64,000 nt of DNA from Vitreimonas sp. (GTDB taxonomy: Bacteria; Patescibacteriota; Microgenomatia; UBA1400; PJMF01). Both the position numbers and the translations under genes were made by a program. The stretch lies in assembly GCA_035627515.1 (NCBI GenBank), contig DASPLQ010000012.1, positions 263,269 through 327,268 of the forward strand, written 5' to 3'. Shown one piece after another: positions 19,503-29,098 of this stretch. Within the stretch, counting starts at the first letter, position 1. Each line of letters begins with the position of its first letter. Below the pieces are notes generated by a model, which saw nothing but the letters and a program-made list of their open reading frames with translations, was not told the origin of the DNA and did not search any database.

Positions 19503-20672
19503 TTAAGAGTTTCTTAAATGAGTTCGGGCCCTAACACTGATCACACTTATCATGATCATCAACAAAAATATCAGATGTAACACCGGCGATACCTCTGGAT
19601 TGTCTTGAAACCGCTCTACATCGGTTAAACCAAACATAATTTCTTCTGGCAACGCTAATTCTTGGAGACGATCCGAGTATTTTTGCTCAAGATCAATTTG
19701 AAAAAACCCTAGCTGGCCATCAAAAGTAATTTGCTGACCAATCATCCGCGTGTTATCGATAGCTAGGATGGAGGTTGCTGCATCAGGGAGCTGTTGCACA
19801 GGCACCAGGGCTTTATTACCGTCAAAAGCATACAGCCATACTTGATGTTGGCCGTTTTTTATCACCCGAGCTATAAATTGAAAGTGAGGACTATTTTGGA
19901 CGGTAGCATGCCACTCAGTACCAGGTGGTAATGACAGATGTTCCAGTTGAGGCTTGGCTTCACTTAAATCTGCTATATATATTTGTGAAGGCATGCTCCT
20001 TAGATCAAAGTTACTAATAATCAAAAAAAGCTTATCACCATAGACTTCAGCGGAGACCATGGGTTGCCCTCGCAACTCACTCAAGGGGTTTTTTAAACGC
20101 CACTGTTGGCCGGTGACATAGTTTTCCACCAAGATAAAATATCGAGTACTATCCACCGCAATTGTTAAATCACCCACTACTAAATCATCTACATCAACTT
20201 GCCAATAATGGTCTTCCCTGTCATAAATCAAGCTGCTCATTTCACTCGTATCCTTTTCTTTCACCCCTAGTTTTATTCGCGGTGGTGCGCCAGCTGGCAA
20301 CACTAGTGACACATAATCAAACACATAAAAATCTGGATTGTTGATTGCTACGGCGGTGGTTTCTCCATTCAAAATGTTGATGATTTTGCCGGTAAAGAGA
20401 TTTGTATACGGTTGATCTACTACCAGAATGTAATGGTCTTGGCTGGCAATTATTTCACTCTGTTCAAGATTCATGGAGGTATGAAGCTCGGTGCCCAACT
20501 CTGGAATATTCACCCGTACGCGGTTATCCCGATCTGAGGTATCAAAATCTGAGTAAAAAAATAAAGTGGGCGGCGTAAACTCCTTACTGACAGCCAGCGC
20601 CCGCAACAATACAGCGGTCTCCCCTACCGCGCCAAAAACAAAACTACCAGCTTCTAGTCCTTTTCTAATCAT
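19503..20672 (-). CDS. Hypothetical beta-rich (propeller-like) protein with C-terminal TM
   Basis: 389-aa ORF between tRNAs; TATAAT 7 nt before ATG. Confidence 0.6.
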   Translation of the reverse strand: MIRKGLEAGSFVFGAVGETAVLLRALAVSKEFTPPTLFFYSDFDTSDRDNRVRVNIPELGTELHTSMNLEQSEIIASQDHYILVVDQPYTNLFTGKIINILNGETTAVAINNPDFYVFDYVSLVLPAGAPPRIKLGVKEKDTSEMSSLIYDREDHYWQVDVDDLVVGDLTIAVDSTRYFILVENYVTGQQWRLKNPLSELRGQPMVSAEVYGDKLFLIISNFDLRSMPSQIYIADLSEAKPQLEHLSLPPGTEWHATVQNSPHFQFIARVIKNGQHQVWLYAFDGNKALVPVQQLPDAATSILAIDNTRMIGQQITFDGQLGFFQIDLEQKYSDRLQELALPEEIMFGLTDVERFQDNPEVSPVLHLIFLLMIMISVISVRARTHLRNS

Positions 20673-20738
20673 GTCGGGTATTATACGGCTCCATTTTTAA
20701 TATTTTATGAAATTTTCTCTTGATAATGGTAACAGGCC

Positions 20739-20763
20739 AAAAAAAACCACGCGGTGCGTGGTC
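20739..20763 (-). terminator. Intrinsic terminator after tRNA-Tyr
   Basis: GACCACGC-ACC-GCGTGGTT followed by a T run. Confidence 0.65.
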
Positions 20764-20786
20764 AATTGAGAAATAATATGTAAACG

Positions 20787-20869
20787 TGCCAGGTGAAGGA
20801 TTCGAACCTACGAAGACAAATGTCAGCAGATTTACAGTCTGCCCCCGTTGACCACTTGGGTAACCTGGC
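20787..20869 (-). tRNA. tRNA-Tyr(GTA)
   Basis: GCCAGGT/ACCTGGC, GCAGA-CTGTAAA-TCTGC, long variable arm. Confidence 0.95.
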
Positions 20870-20873
20870 CCTG

Positions 20874-20946
20874 AGCCTTCGCCGGGGTTCGAACCCGGTA
20901 CCTCATTCTTACCAAGAATGCGCTCTGCCAAGTGAGCTACGAAGGC
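20874..20946 (-). tRNA. tRNA-Thr(GGT)
   Basis: GCCTTCG/CGAAGGC, CATTC-TTGGTAA-GAATG. Confidence 0.95.
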
Positions 20947-21044
20947 AATCAACTAACTTATGATGCCAATTTATGCCTCTCGGCACCAAAAAGTTCAGAG
21001 ATGTAGATTACTACACTTCAGGATTTTTCTCAATTAGGAAGCGG

Positions 21045-22163
21045 TTATTCTGCGAGTAACGCTGCAAAACCTTCTTTCGCTCGTTGCTCTGCTCTTTTCT
21101 GACTAGTAATACTAAGTTGAGACAGTAAAAATAAAAATTCAGGTAATGTCTTCGGTAAGGTTTGAACAATTTTTTCTGAATCTGTTGCACCCGCCACAAT
21201 AAATTTAGTAGGCATTTTATCGTGTCCATAAACTCGAGGATGATAAATTAATTCCTTATTAACAAGCAAACTATAAGCAACAATCTCAACCAACCGTTCC
21301 GTTGAAGTATCTGGACCAAAAACTCTCTCTATCTGATCCATTTTTTCAATTACTTCGTCGTCTAGAGGTCGAAAGGAATTATTACTGCCTTTACTCATTT
21401 CTGCCTTGAATATACCTACTTGCCCTATTACAGGATGTATCTTAACCTCTACCATTCGTCGTGGATCTTCATAAACCTTAACACCATCTACTATTTGTAA
21501 GGCAACTTTGAAATTATTTTTAACTAAAATCTGATCTAAAACCATTAACTCTTCTTCTGTGAAAGTGGCACCTGGCTGTAGGAATTTCTCTAAGTAAGAG
21601 TTTAGGCGAACAGGGCTAAATTTTTCATTTACTACTAGTTCCTCAGGAGTTGGCTCTACAGGTAAGACGGGCTCACTTAAAGTAGCTTTTGCTAACTCAA
21701 ATGTAAGTTCGCATTGATACCGAGTGGCAAAACCATTAAATCTTCCTTGGGCAAAATTGGTGGCCTTAATAGTGAAGTTGTGATCACCTTGTACTTGAAG
21801 GGTATACGTTTCATCGAAGTCACCTTTATTACTGACTTCAACCTGTGCCGAAGATCTTAATTGCTTAGCTAGCAAGTCTAGAGTTGGGACCACTTCCTGC
21901 TGGCTTAAAGTTAGCTCTAAGGTTTTTTTATCTCCCAGCGCTACAGTATGTTGTTTTCCAACTTCTAAATGGGAAAGCGGCAGTTGTCGAGAAGGAGCAC
22001 CCTCACCTCGGAGAGCATAGACTGCAGTTTTTAACTCTTCGTACACAGCAGGATTTACAGCTGAACTTTGTTCACTAGCATTTACCTTATCTTTACCCCA
22101 GCGAAGATAGCTTCTAAAGTCAAATTGTTTGCGGGTAGGTTTATTTTCGACTATGGCTGCCAT
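21045..22163 (-). CDS. Hypothetical protein
   Basis: 372-aa ORF with AGGAGG Shine-Dalgarno. Confidence 0.65.
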   Translation of the reverse strand: MAAIVENKPTRKQFDFRSYLRWGKDKVNASEQSSAVNPAVYEELKTAVYALRGEGAPSRQLPLSHLEVGKQHTVALGDKKTLELTLSQQEVVPTLDLLAKQLRSSAQVEVSNKGDFDETYTLQVQGDHNFTIKATNFAQGRFNGFATRYQCELTFELAKATLSEPVLPVEPTPEELVVNEKFSPVRLNSYLEKFLQPGATFTEEELMVLDQILVKNNFKVALQIVDGVKVYEDPRRMVEVKIHPVIGQVGIFKAEMSKGSNNSFRPLDDEVIEKMDQIERVFGPDTSTERLVEIVAYSLLVNKELIYHPRVYGHDKMPTKFIVAGATDSEKIVQTLPKTLPEFLFLLSQLSITSQKRAEQRAKEGFAALLAE

Positions 22164-22251
22164 GGTGCCTCCTGATGTAATTAAGTTTTTTTCGGCTGAT
22201 GGCCGGATTATATCACCTCAAAAAATCGAGCGCTGAGTGGTGTTTGGAAAC

Positions 22252-22480
22252 AAAAAAAAAGCCCCGCCCGCCAAGTGGCGGACAGGACTAAAACGTAGAA
22301 TACAGAAGGACTTTCACCTCCAAACTTGAGGGGCCCTGATCCCCCTAAGAAAACCAGGTGGGCAGGACGCCGCTAACTCCACGGAGCTAGCAAATGGACA
22401 ATCCATAAGCCCGAAAAAAAACATTATCGAGGAAATTCTATGCCCCCCAAGTTTGAATGTTAAAGTCTGTTAATGAACTA
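22252..22480 (-). ncRNA. Putative structured ncRNA of unknown class (~230 nt)
   Basis: Own promoter TTGGCA-17-TGnTACTAT (22514-22486), boxA-like GTTCATTAACA, 14-bp closing stem (22455-22442 with 22334-22321), internal hairpins, GC-rich terminator plus T9. Confidence 0.55.
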
Positions 22481-22547
22481 TGAAGATAGTACCATTCCGC
22501 GCTCCGGTTGCCAACCAAAATTTAGTAAGAGTTTAGTAAGAAACAAA

Positions 22548-22570
22548 CAGCCCCCGTTTACTGGGGGCTG
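22548..22570 (-). terminator. Terminator hairpin downstream of the galU-like gene
   Basis: CAGCCCCC-GTTTACT-GGGGGCTG inverted repeat. Confidence 0.6.
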
Positions 22571-22601
22571 TAGTTTAAATTTAAAATTAAAAATTGATAC
22601 T

Positions 22602-23504
22602 TTACGCTGCCTGTCCTTGACTCAGCTCCTCTACCCACCCTTTGAGTTTAGAGCCGTATTTTTCTTGCTCCATCACAAATTTTAAGTGCGCTTTGAAGTA
22701 GTTTTCAGGGTCACCAGTCGTCATCCATTCGCCACGGGTGACTTCCACTCGGACGGTTTTTTCGGCAGCTAAGCGTGTGATAGCATCCACAGTCCACAAC
22801 TCACTGTCTTTGCCGGTGTTATTAGGGTTTAAGTGTTGGAAAATAGATGGCTTCACCAAGTAACGTCCATAGGAAGCTAAGCGTGAGGGCTCACTACCTT
22901 TATCTGGTTTTTCAATAATATTGTCGAGCTCATTTTGAGAACCAGCTTTGAAGGAAATAATACCGTATTTATCAACTACTTCAGGACTGACCTCTTGAGC
23001 CATGATGATACCCTCCACACTCGGATCTTGTTCGTACAAATCCACCATGGTTTTGGCGTCACCAGGGTTGCCAAAAACAATGTCATCGCTATACAAGACT
23101 AAAAAGGCTTCTTCGCCTTCAACAAATTTTTGGGCAGAGGCCACGGGGGAACCGTTTCCATATGGTAAGCTTGGATCTTGAGTAATAACCACAATCTTAG
23201 GAAAATCTAAAACGTGTTGCACTGGCTCGTAGCGATCTTCTTTACCCTGAGCAGACAGTTGTTTGCGGATACGATTCACATTATTGTTGAAGTAATCCAC
23301 ATAAATGGGCTCACCCTCGGGAGTCGCCACCACGATGATCTCTTCGATGCCCGCTTCTACACATTCTTCTACGACAAACTGCATAATAGGACGATTACCT
23401 AAAGGCAACATTGCCTTGGGAATCGTTTTGGTAATCGGTAAATAGCGACTGGCAAAGCCGGCATCAGTGATGATGGCTTTCTTCACTCGTTTTTGATCGG
23501 ACAT
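22602..23504 (-). CDS. galU: UTP-glucose-1-phosphate uridylyltransferase-like nucleotidyltransferase
   Basis: 'AGFASRYLPITKTIPKAMLP', 'KYGII', 'IEKP', 'GRY'. Confidence 0.75.
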   Translation of the reverse strand: MSDQKRVKKAIITDAGFASRYLPITKTIPKAMLPLGNRPIMQFVVEECVEAGIEEIIVVATPEGEPIYVDYFNNNVNRIRKQLSAQGKEDRYEPVQHVLDFPKIVVITQDPSLPYGNGSPVASAQKFVEGEEAFLVLYSDDIVFGNPGDAKTMVDLYEQDPSVEGIIMAQEVSPEVVDKYGIISFKAGSQNELDNIIEKPDKGSEPSRLASYGRYLVKPSIFQHLNPNNTGKDSELWTVDAITRLAAEKTVRVEVTRGEWMTTGDPENYFKAHLKFVMEQEKYGSKLKGWVEELSQGQAA

Positions 23505-23635
23505 ACGTTCTCCTTACTACCTTACTGGCGCCATTATAGCCTGCTCTCTCCAGCTGTGCTATTTGAATTTTGATTGAGGACAATTTGCCGTCTCGCACTT
23601 GTCAGTAATTCCAGATTCATTTATTCTTAAATATT

Positions 23636-24013
23636 GTGTCACTGCCTTTTGCCCGCCAATCTGCGTCTACCTTGCTACAATCCCCACCCGTTTTCTTTGG
23701 TTTACTGGTAATGTTGATGGTCATTCCCTTTGGTCTGATGGCAGTCACTCAACCTACCAACCTTTCACCGCGGGCGAACACCCCAGTCACTCCCCCGATC
23801 ACACCACCTGGCAGCACTCCTAGCCCCACTCCTTCGCCACTGCCTTCAGCTGACATTAATAATGACTCGAAAGTCAACTTGGCTGATTACACATTGTTAT
23901 CACAAGAATTTATGCAGACTGGTCCTAATTTAAACAGTGATTTGAATAACGATAATAAGGTAGATTTAGCTGACTACACTATTTTGGCTCAACAATTTGG
24001 AATTGGGCTCTAG
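23636..24013 (+). CDS. Small membrane-anchored type I dockerin protein
   Basis: TM, PT-rich linker, duplicated 'DINNDSKVNLADY..L' / 'DLNNDNKVDLADY..L'. Confidence 0.8.
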   Translation: MSLPFARQSASTLLQSPPVFFGLLVMLMVIPFGLMAVTQPTNLSPRANTPVTPPITPPGSTPSPTPSPLPSADINNDSKVNLADYTLLSQEFMQTGPNLNSDLNNDNKVDLADYTILAQQFGIGL

Positions 24014-24052
24014 AATTAGTATTATTAAAAATGCTAGAGTAATGTCTGTATC

Positions 24053-25921
24053 ATGAACAAAACCGTCGACAACAAAATTATTCACGTCCATAAACAATCC
24101 TGGACTAAAATGTTGAACCGCTTCGGTATCTTGGTCTCAGTAGCCTTGATTGTGATTGGCGCTTTAGGCTTAGTTTTCATTCAAAAACCTCTCCGCGATG
24201 AAAACCTGGACTTACGCGAAAAAGCCGCCACCAGTACTGGCTTAGTATTGGTTAGTACTTCTCCTGCCTCTGGCACCAGCTTTTTGCCTAACCAAGCTCA
24301 AACCATCAATTTACAAGCTAATACCCAAAATGTCCAAACTGATGGCATCCAATTAGTCTTCAACATCGTCACCAGCACTTTTACCGCCCCGCCTACTATT
24401 ACTGTTCCTGCGAATACTGGTTTAGAGATCGGTTATTTAGAAATTGAAGGCACCAACGATGGCTTTTTGGTCTCGATGATTGTGTTACCAGATAATATTC
24501 AAGACACTTACTCCACTTCCTCACCAGAAACGTTTGCGCAAATTAACTTCACGCCTACCCAACCGGGCACAATTACTTTCAACTTTGACGTGGAGAACTC
24601 ATTATCTACTGTCCACGCTAGTAACCCACCTCGTGATGAGTTGCGCATCGTGAGTAGCTCTAATTACATTGTTGCTAACTTAAACAGTCCTAGTCCTACC
24701 CCCTCAGCCACTCCTGGCGCTTCCGCTTCACCCAGTCCTTCACCAAGTGCGACTCCTACAGCCAGCGCTTCACCTGCTGCAAGTGCTAGTCCCGCCGCCA
24801 GTGCCAGCCCAGCTGCGTCAGCCTCTCCAGCGGCCAGTGCTTCGCCTATCACTTCGGCTTCACCCAGTCCCTCGCCGAGTGCTTCACCCGCCACTGGGGG
24901 CACCACGTACCGCCAATGTAATGAGCAATGTAATAGTAACGCCGAGTGTGCTGCTAATCACCGCTGTTACGAAAACCGCTGTCGCTTAGTGACTAATGTC
25001 TCGAGTACCAGCTGTGCTGCTGCTGCTGACCAAGGTCTCAACCGCTTGTGTAATCAATACTGTGCTGATGCCCGTGAGTGTGCTTCCGGATACTCATGTT
25101 TTAATAATCGCTGTCGCCGCGCCGATAACCCAGATAACACCAGCTGTGCTCTCCCTACCCAGGTAGTGCAACAACAAATTATCAATGGCTGTAATAAGAC
25201 CTGTTTGACCAACGCCGAGTGTGCTACCAACTTACGTTGCTACAATGGCAGTTGTCGCTTAGCCACTAACCCAAGTAGTTTGACCTGTACGGCTACTTCT
25301 ACTAAATCAGTCTCGCCTCTCTATAGTAAGGGTGGAAAAGGTGGCTCTGCAGCCGATCAAGATCCAGCTGCCTCACCAGCCAGCCCTCAACCTAGTGGTT
25401 CACCCCGACCCACCTTTGTCGCTTCACCTCGCCCTACTGCCGTAGCCTCGGTTGCACCAACTCCCGCCCCTGAAGAGACCTCAGATGCCAGTAGTTTCTT
25501 AACTCGCTTCTTGAGCGGACTCGGTGGCTCAGGGTTCTCATTCCCAGCCTTAGCTTTAGCCGCTGGTCTAGGATTATTACTACTGTTACTCTTGGTGGCT
25601 TTATTTGGAGCTTTGTTCCGTCGTCGTAAGGATCCAGCTGGCCCTATGGTCGTCAAACGCTCACCTGCCCCTACTGCTTATGAACAATCATTACAAGACC
25701 GTATCAATCAATTAAAAGGTACTGAGCACGGCCCAGCCACTGGCCCTAGTATGCCAGCCCGCCCCATGCCACCAGTCTCACCTGTGCCTCCAACTACACC
25801 AGCTCGCCCACCGATGAGCCCTGTGGCTCAACCTCAGGCTCCAGCCAACACGACCGGTAATTCGTCCATGCTGGAGCGCTTAAAACAAAAAGGCATCTCG
25901 ACGCCGCAATCAGATACTTAG
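24053..25921 (+). CDS. Surface protein: TM, cohesin-like domain, SP/AS linker, three Cys-rich repeats, TM, Pro-rich tail
   Basis: 'DGIQLVFN..FAQINF..PGTITFNFD'; three 'CN..C..N.EC....C....CR' repeats. Confidence 0.7.
   Translation: MNKTVDNKIIHVHKQSWTKMLNRFGILVSVALIVIGALGLVFIQKPLRDENLDLREKAATSTGLVLVSTSPASGTSFLPNQAQTINLQANTQNVQTDGIQLVFNIVTSTFTAPPTITVPANTGLEIGYLEIEGTNDGFLVSMIVLPDNIQDTYSTSSPETFAQINFTPTQPGTITFNFDVENSLSTVHASNPPRDELRIVSSSNYIVANLNSPSPTPSATPGASASPSPSPSATPTASASPAASASPAASASPAASASPAASASPITSASPSPSPSASPATGGTTYRQCNEQCNSNAECAANHRCYENRCRLVTNVSSTSCAAAADQGLNRLCNQYCADARECASGYSCFNNRCRRADNPDNTSCALPTQVVQQQIINGCNKTCLTNAECATNLRCYNGSCRLATNPSSLTCTATSTKSVSPLYSKGGKGGSAADQDPAASPASPQPSGSPRPTFVASPRPTAVASVAPTPAPEETSDASSFLTRFLSGLGGSGFSFPALALAAGLGLLLLLLLVALFGALFRRRKDPAGPMVVKRSPAPTAYEQSLQDRINQLKGTEHGPATGPSMPARPMPPVSPVPPTTPARPPMSPVAQPQAPANTTGNSSMLERLKQKGISTPQSDT
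24763..24860 (+). repeat. Degenerate 18-bp tandem repeat encoding (ASPAAS)n
   Basis: Four to five consecutive ASPAAS units with synonymous variation. Confidence 0.7.
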
Positions 25922-25988
25922 CTTTATATACCAGGCTATTAAGCTGGTGATTCCAGACCAGCTGAGAGTTTGATACAATACCACATCT

Positions 25989-26174
25989 ATGGTCAGTCCC
26001 ATTCAGTACGTCCGCGAGGTGAATCAAGAGTTACAAAAAGTCTCGTGGCCGAGCCGTCAACAGACCATCCAAATGACGGCGTTAGTGATTGGGGTGAGCG
26101 CCTTAGTGGGCCTCTATATCGCTGGCTTAGACGTGCTTTTTCAGTACGCATTACGGATCTTAATTAATAGGTAA
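25989..26174 (+). CDS. secE: Preprotein translocase subunit SecE
   Basis: 'EVNQELQKVSWPSR' plus TM; directly upstream of nusG. Confidence 0.95.
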   Translation: MVSPIQYVREVNQELQKVSWPSRQQTIQMTALVIGVSALVGLYIAGLDVLFQYALRILINR

Positions 26175-26178
26175 CACT

Positions 26179-26811
26179 ATGAACCAAACTCAACCAGAAC
26201 CAACTCAAGATCAATTAACTCCTCCTGAAGTCCAGGAAGTTAAGGTCTCTACTCCCAACATGATTGTTGTCTCCGATGCAGTCAATAAAAAGGCTCGTTG
26301 GTACGTGGTCCACACCTATTCTGGTCATGAGAATAAAGTCGCTGAAACGCTGAAACAACGCGCTGAAACCTTAAACTTAACTGACAAAATCCTCGAGATT
26401 TTAATTCCTACTCAGGAAAAAATTCAAATCAAACGTGGTCAACGCAAAACCGTCAACGAAAAGATTTTCCCTGGTTACATGCTCGTCCACATGGAACTGA
26501 CTGACGAATCATGGTTAGCCGTCCGCACTACCCAAGGTGTGACTGGCTTCGTGGGCGTGGGCAACAAGCCTACTCCCCTGCCTAAACATGAAGTCGAAGC
26601 CATTTCTAAGTTCATGACTCAAGCTACCCCACAATTCAAAGCCGAGTTTGTGGAAGGCGAAGCAGTCCGGATTGTGGATGGTCCATTCAACGACTTCTTG
26701 GGCACCGTCAAATCCATCAACGAAGAAAAAGGCAAAGTGGAAGTCTTGGTCTCTATTTTCGGCCGCGAAACGCCCGTGGAGCTGGACTTCTTGCAGGTTA
26801 ATAAGGTTTAG
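26179..26811 (+). CDS. nusG: Transcription termination/antitermination factor NusG
   Basis: 'WYVVHTYSGHENKV', 'FPGY', KOW 'GPFNDF', 'IFGRETPVEL'. Confidence 0.97.
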   Translation: MNQTQPEPTQDQLTPPEVQEVKVSTPNMIVVSDAVNKKARWYVVHTYSGHENKVAETLKQRAETLNLTDKILEILIPTQEKIQIKRGQRKTVNEKIFPGYMLVHMELTDESWLAVRTTQGVTGFVGVGNKPTPLPKHEVEAISKFMTQATPQFKAEFVEGEAVRIVDGPFNDFLGTVKSINEEKGKVEVLVSIFGRETPVELDFLQVNKV

Positions 26812-26878
26812 TTTTCTTTCCAAGTTGTGATTTTTTACTCATAGTCACTCACTTAAAGTGAAACTATAATGCCGGCCT

Positions 26879-27685
26879 ATGGCCCGACGCATTGATCAAG
26901 ATCCTGTTACTTCGTTTCGAAATTTTTTACGCACTGTATCTCGTCCTGAGAACTCTATCGACAAACGCGCAGGCGCCCTGTGGAAAGTGATGGTAGTCAT
27001 AGGAATTCTAGGGTTTTTACACCTTTATCCCGAAAGACCAGTTACCATAGATACAGCTCTTAATGCGCTTAATTATCAACCGAGCACCTTAGAATCAAGT
27101 ATTTCCCCAATGAGCGAGGCACGCGTGATCAGCTTACTTAAGATTGTTTTAAGCGAACACCAACACTTACCCTCAGACCTATACATCACCCTCTCGCCCA
27201 ACCGCGTGTATGCTTACAATTCTCACCAACCGATGTCTCATACTCCTGCTAACGCAGTTTCCTTGAAAATTTCACCGGAGGGGTTCTTCATCACTTATTT
27301 TGATGCCATGGATACCGAACTAGCTATCTCTCAAGGCGAAGCGGAAAAATATGTCCAGTATCTGCGCACCACTGCTAGTTGGGATGTGGCATTAGCTACT
27401 TCTCAACTTGTCACCCATTTACCTGACGTTCAATATCACTGCATGTCGGCGCACCAAGCTGAAGTAACTAGCGATGGTATTAGTCCTCAAAATCAAAACC
27501 ACACTCTTATCCTCCTTAACTTACTCGATCCTCATGAAAATGTGGAACTAGCCTATAAACCTAACGAAAAACCAGCGGTGGTCATACCAAATAGGGGTTG
27601 GATGAGTAGTCTGGGTCAGCTGTCCCAGAAAGATGTAATCGCTACTATCGAAACTATTTGTGAGCTCACTTTTAATGGGAAATAA
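26879..27685 (+). CDS. Hypothetical membrane-anchored protein inserted between nusG and rplK
   Basis: 268-aa ORF with one TM and its own TATAAT. Confidence 0.6.
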   Translation: MARRIDQDPVTSFRNFLRTVSRPENSIDKRAGALWKVMVVIGILGFLHLYPERPVTIDTALNALNYQPSTLESSISPMSEARVISLLKIVLSEHQHLPSDLYITLSPNRVYAYNSHQPMSHTPANAVSLKISPEGFFITYFDAMDTELAISQGEAEKYVQYLRTTASWDVALATSQLVTHLPDVQYHCMSAHQAEVTSDGISPQNQNHTLILLNLLDPHENVELAYKPNEKPAVVIPNRGWMSSLGQLSQKDVIATIETICELTFNGK

Positions 27686-27702
27686 CTTCGCTATATCATT
27701 TA

Positions 27703-27892
27703 TGTTATAATTCACTTCTCGCCATACCTCGGCGACGCAAGTTATTAGGGATAACCTGCACCTAAATTGAGGGAGCAAACCGATTTGCGGTGAGCGAAAA
27801 CAACTTCTTAGCTTCTAGAGAATTGTCTTCTTCTCATCCAGTGGTTTCTCACATCAACAACTAACAATGTAAATTACTCCTAAGGAGTGTGT
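27703..27892 (+). promoter_or_regulatory. rplK promoter and structured leader (possible L1 autoregulatory site)
   Basis: Extended -10 TGnTATAAT near 27703; TGAGGGAGCAAACC can pair with GGTTTCTCACATCA; SD in the hairpin ACTCCTAAGGAGT. Confidence 0.45.
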
Positions 27893-28315
27893 ATGGCTAA
27901 AAAAATTGTCAACGTTTTGAAACTGAACCTACCAGCTGGTAGTGCTACTCCAGCTCCTCCAGTCGGTCCTATCTTAGGTCAAGCTGGTATTAACATGATG
28001 GACTTCTTGAAGCAATATAACGACAAGACATCCGATAAACGTGGTCAAATCATCCCCGCTGAAATCACTATCTTCGAAGATCGTTCATTCAAGTTCGTTT
28101 TGAAGTTGCCTCCTGTAGCAGAAATGATTAAGCAAACCTTGAAATTAAAAATGGGTAGTAAAACAGCTGGCCGCGAAACCATTGGTACTTTAACCATGGA
28201 CCAAGTCAAAGCCATTGCTGAACAAAAACTCCCTGATTTAAACACCAAGAGTTTAGACTCAGCTATTAATAGTGTGATTGGCACGGCTCGAAGTATGGGC
28301 GTGGCAGTTAGATAA
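27893..28315 (+). CDS. rplK: 50S ribosomal protein L11
   Basis: 'AGSATPAPPVGP.LGQ.G.N', 'GTARSMG'. Confidence 0.97.
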   Translation: MAKKIVNVLKLNLPAGSATPAPPVGPILGQAGINMMDFLKQYNDKTSDKRGQIIPAEITIFEDRSFKFVLKLPPVAEMIKQTLKLKMGSKTAGRETIGTLTMDQVKAIAEQKLPDLNTKSLDSAINSVIGTARSMGVAVR

Positions 28316-28339
28316 TCGTAATTTCGAACAGGAGTTTAT

Positions 28340-29083
28340 ATGGGAAGTAAAAAAAATATCACCATGAGCACCACTGAAGACACCGTCAAGATCGTGGCTG
28401 CTGCACAACCAGAAGATATGGCTCAAGCTACCGGCGAAGCCGCAGCTGAAGGCGCTGAAAATACCAGTGAAGCCAAAGCTGCTAAACCAAAAGTCGCTCG
28501 CGCTCGTGGTACGAAATACGTCGCTGTCCGCGCTCAAGTGGATAAAACTAAAACCTATGATCCGTTTGCTGCAGTGGAGTTAGTTAAAAAACTTTCCTAC
28601 AGTAAATTTGCTGGCACCATCACCGCTGATGCCGTCGTCCGCGAAGAGAACACTCAAGCTACCCTCACGTTCCCTCACTCTACTGGTCAAACTATCCGGG
28701 CAGTAGTTGTAAGTGAAGAGGTCTTGAAAGACATCGAAGCTGGCAACATCAATTTTGAAGTTTTAATCACCGAACCTCGTTTCATGCCTCAATTAGCTAA
28801 ATTCGCTAAAGTCTTAGGTCCTAAGGGCTTGATGCCTAACCCTAAAAATGGCACCGTCACCACCAATCCTGAGCTCAAAAAACAAGAGCTAGAAGGCGGT
28901 AAAGTGACGTTGAAGGGCGAGAAAAAAGCTCCTTTGATGCACGTCACCCTCGGTAAAACCGATATGGACACCAAAGCTTTAGTGGAAAACCTGCAAGCAT
29001 TGTTAAACGCTTTGAAAGGCAAAGTGGTGAAGCTCAGCCTGACCGCTACCATGAGTCCCAGTGTCAAAGTGACCGTGGCGTAA
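28340..29083 (+). CDS. rplA: 50S ribosomal protein L1 (N-terminal extension)
   Basis: 'VLGPKGLMPNPKNGTVT', 'TMSPSVKV'. Confidence 0.95.
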   Translation: MGSKKNITMSTTEDTVKIVAAAQPEDMAQATGEAAAEGAENTSEAKAAKPKVARARGTKYVAVRAQVDKTKTYDPFAAVELVKKLSYSKFAGTITADAVVREENTQATLTFPHSTGQTIRAVVVSEEVLKDIEAGNINFEVLITEPRFMPQLAKFAKVLGPKGLMPNPKNGTVTTNPELKKQELEGGKVTLKGEKKAPLMHVTLGKTDMDTKALVENLQALLNALKGKVVKLSLTATMSPSVKVTVA

Positions 29084-29098
29084 AGAAGTGCTTCATCA

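Noticed and set aside
20665-20952. ORFs overlapping tRNAs (also 15151..15417 and 56599..56784)
   Set aside because: They are translations of tRNA genes.
20985-21015. AGAGATGTAGATTACTAC (and GAGACTGATGGAACTAC near 53356) as further att-like sites
   Set aside because: Too few matches to the consensus to separate from chance.
22313-22423. 36-codon ORF MFFFGLMDCPF... inside the structured RNA
   Set aside because: No SD and no protein-like pattern; G-U-compatible stems favour a non-coding role, though a peptide is not excluded.
24664-25656. Antisense or alternate-frame ORFs over the Ser/Pro/Ala-rich surface gene, and similar shadows over rplA, rplL, thrS, murL and mreB
   Set aside because: Shadow ORFs of well-supported genes.
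27682-27711. ATAACTTCGCTATATCATTTATGTTATAAT resembles a dif/loxP site
   Set aside because: Arm spacing does not fit 11-6-11, and the right part is explained by the extended -10 promoter of rplK.
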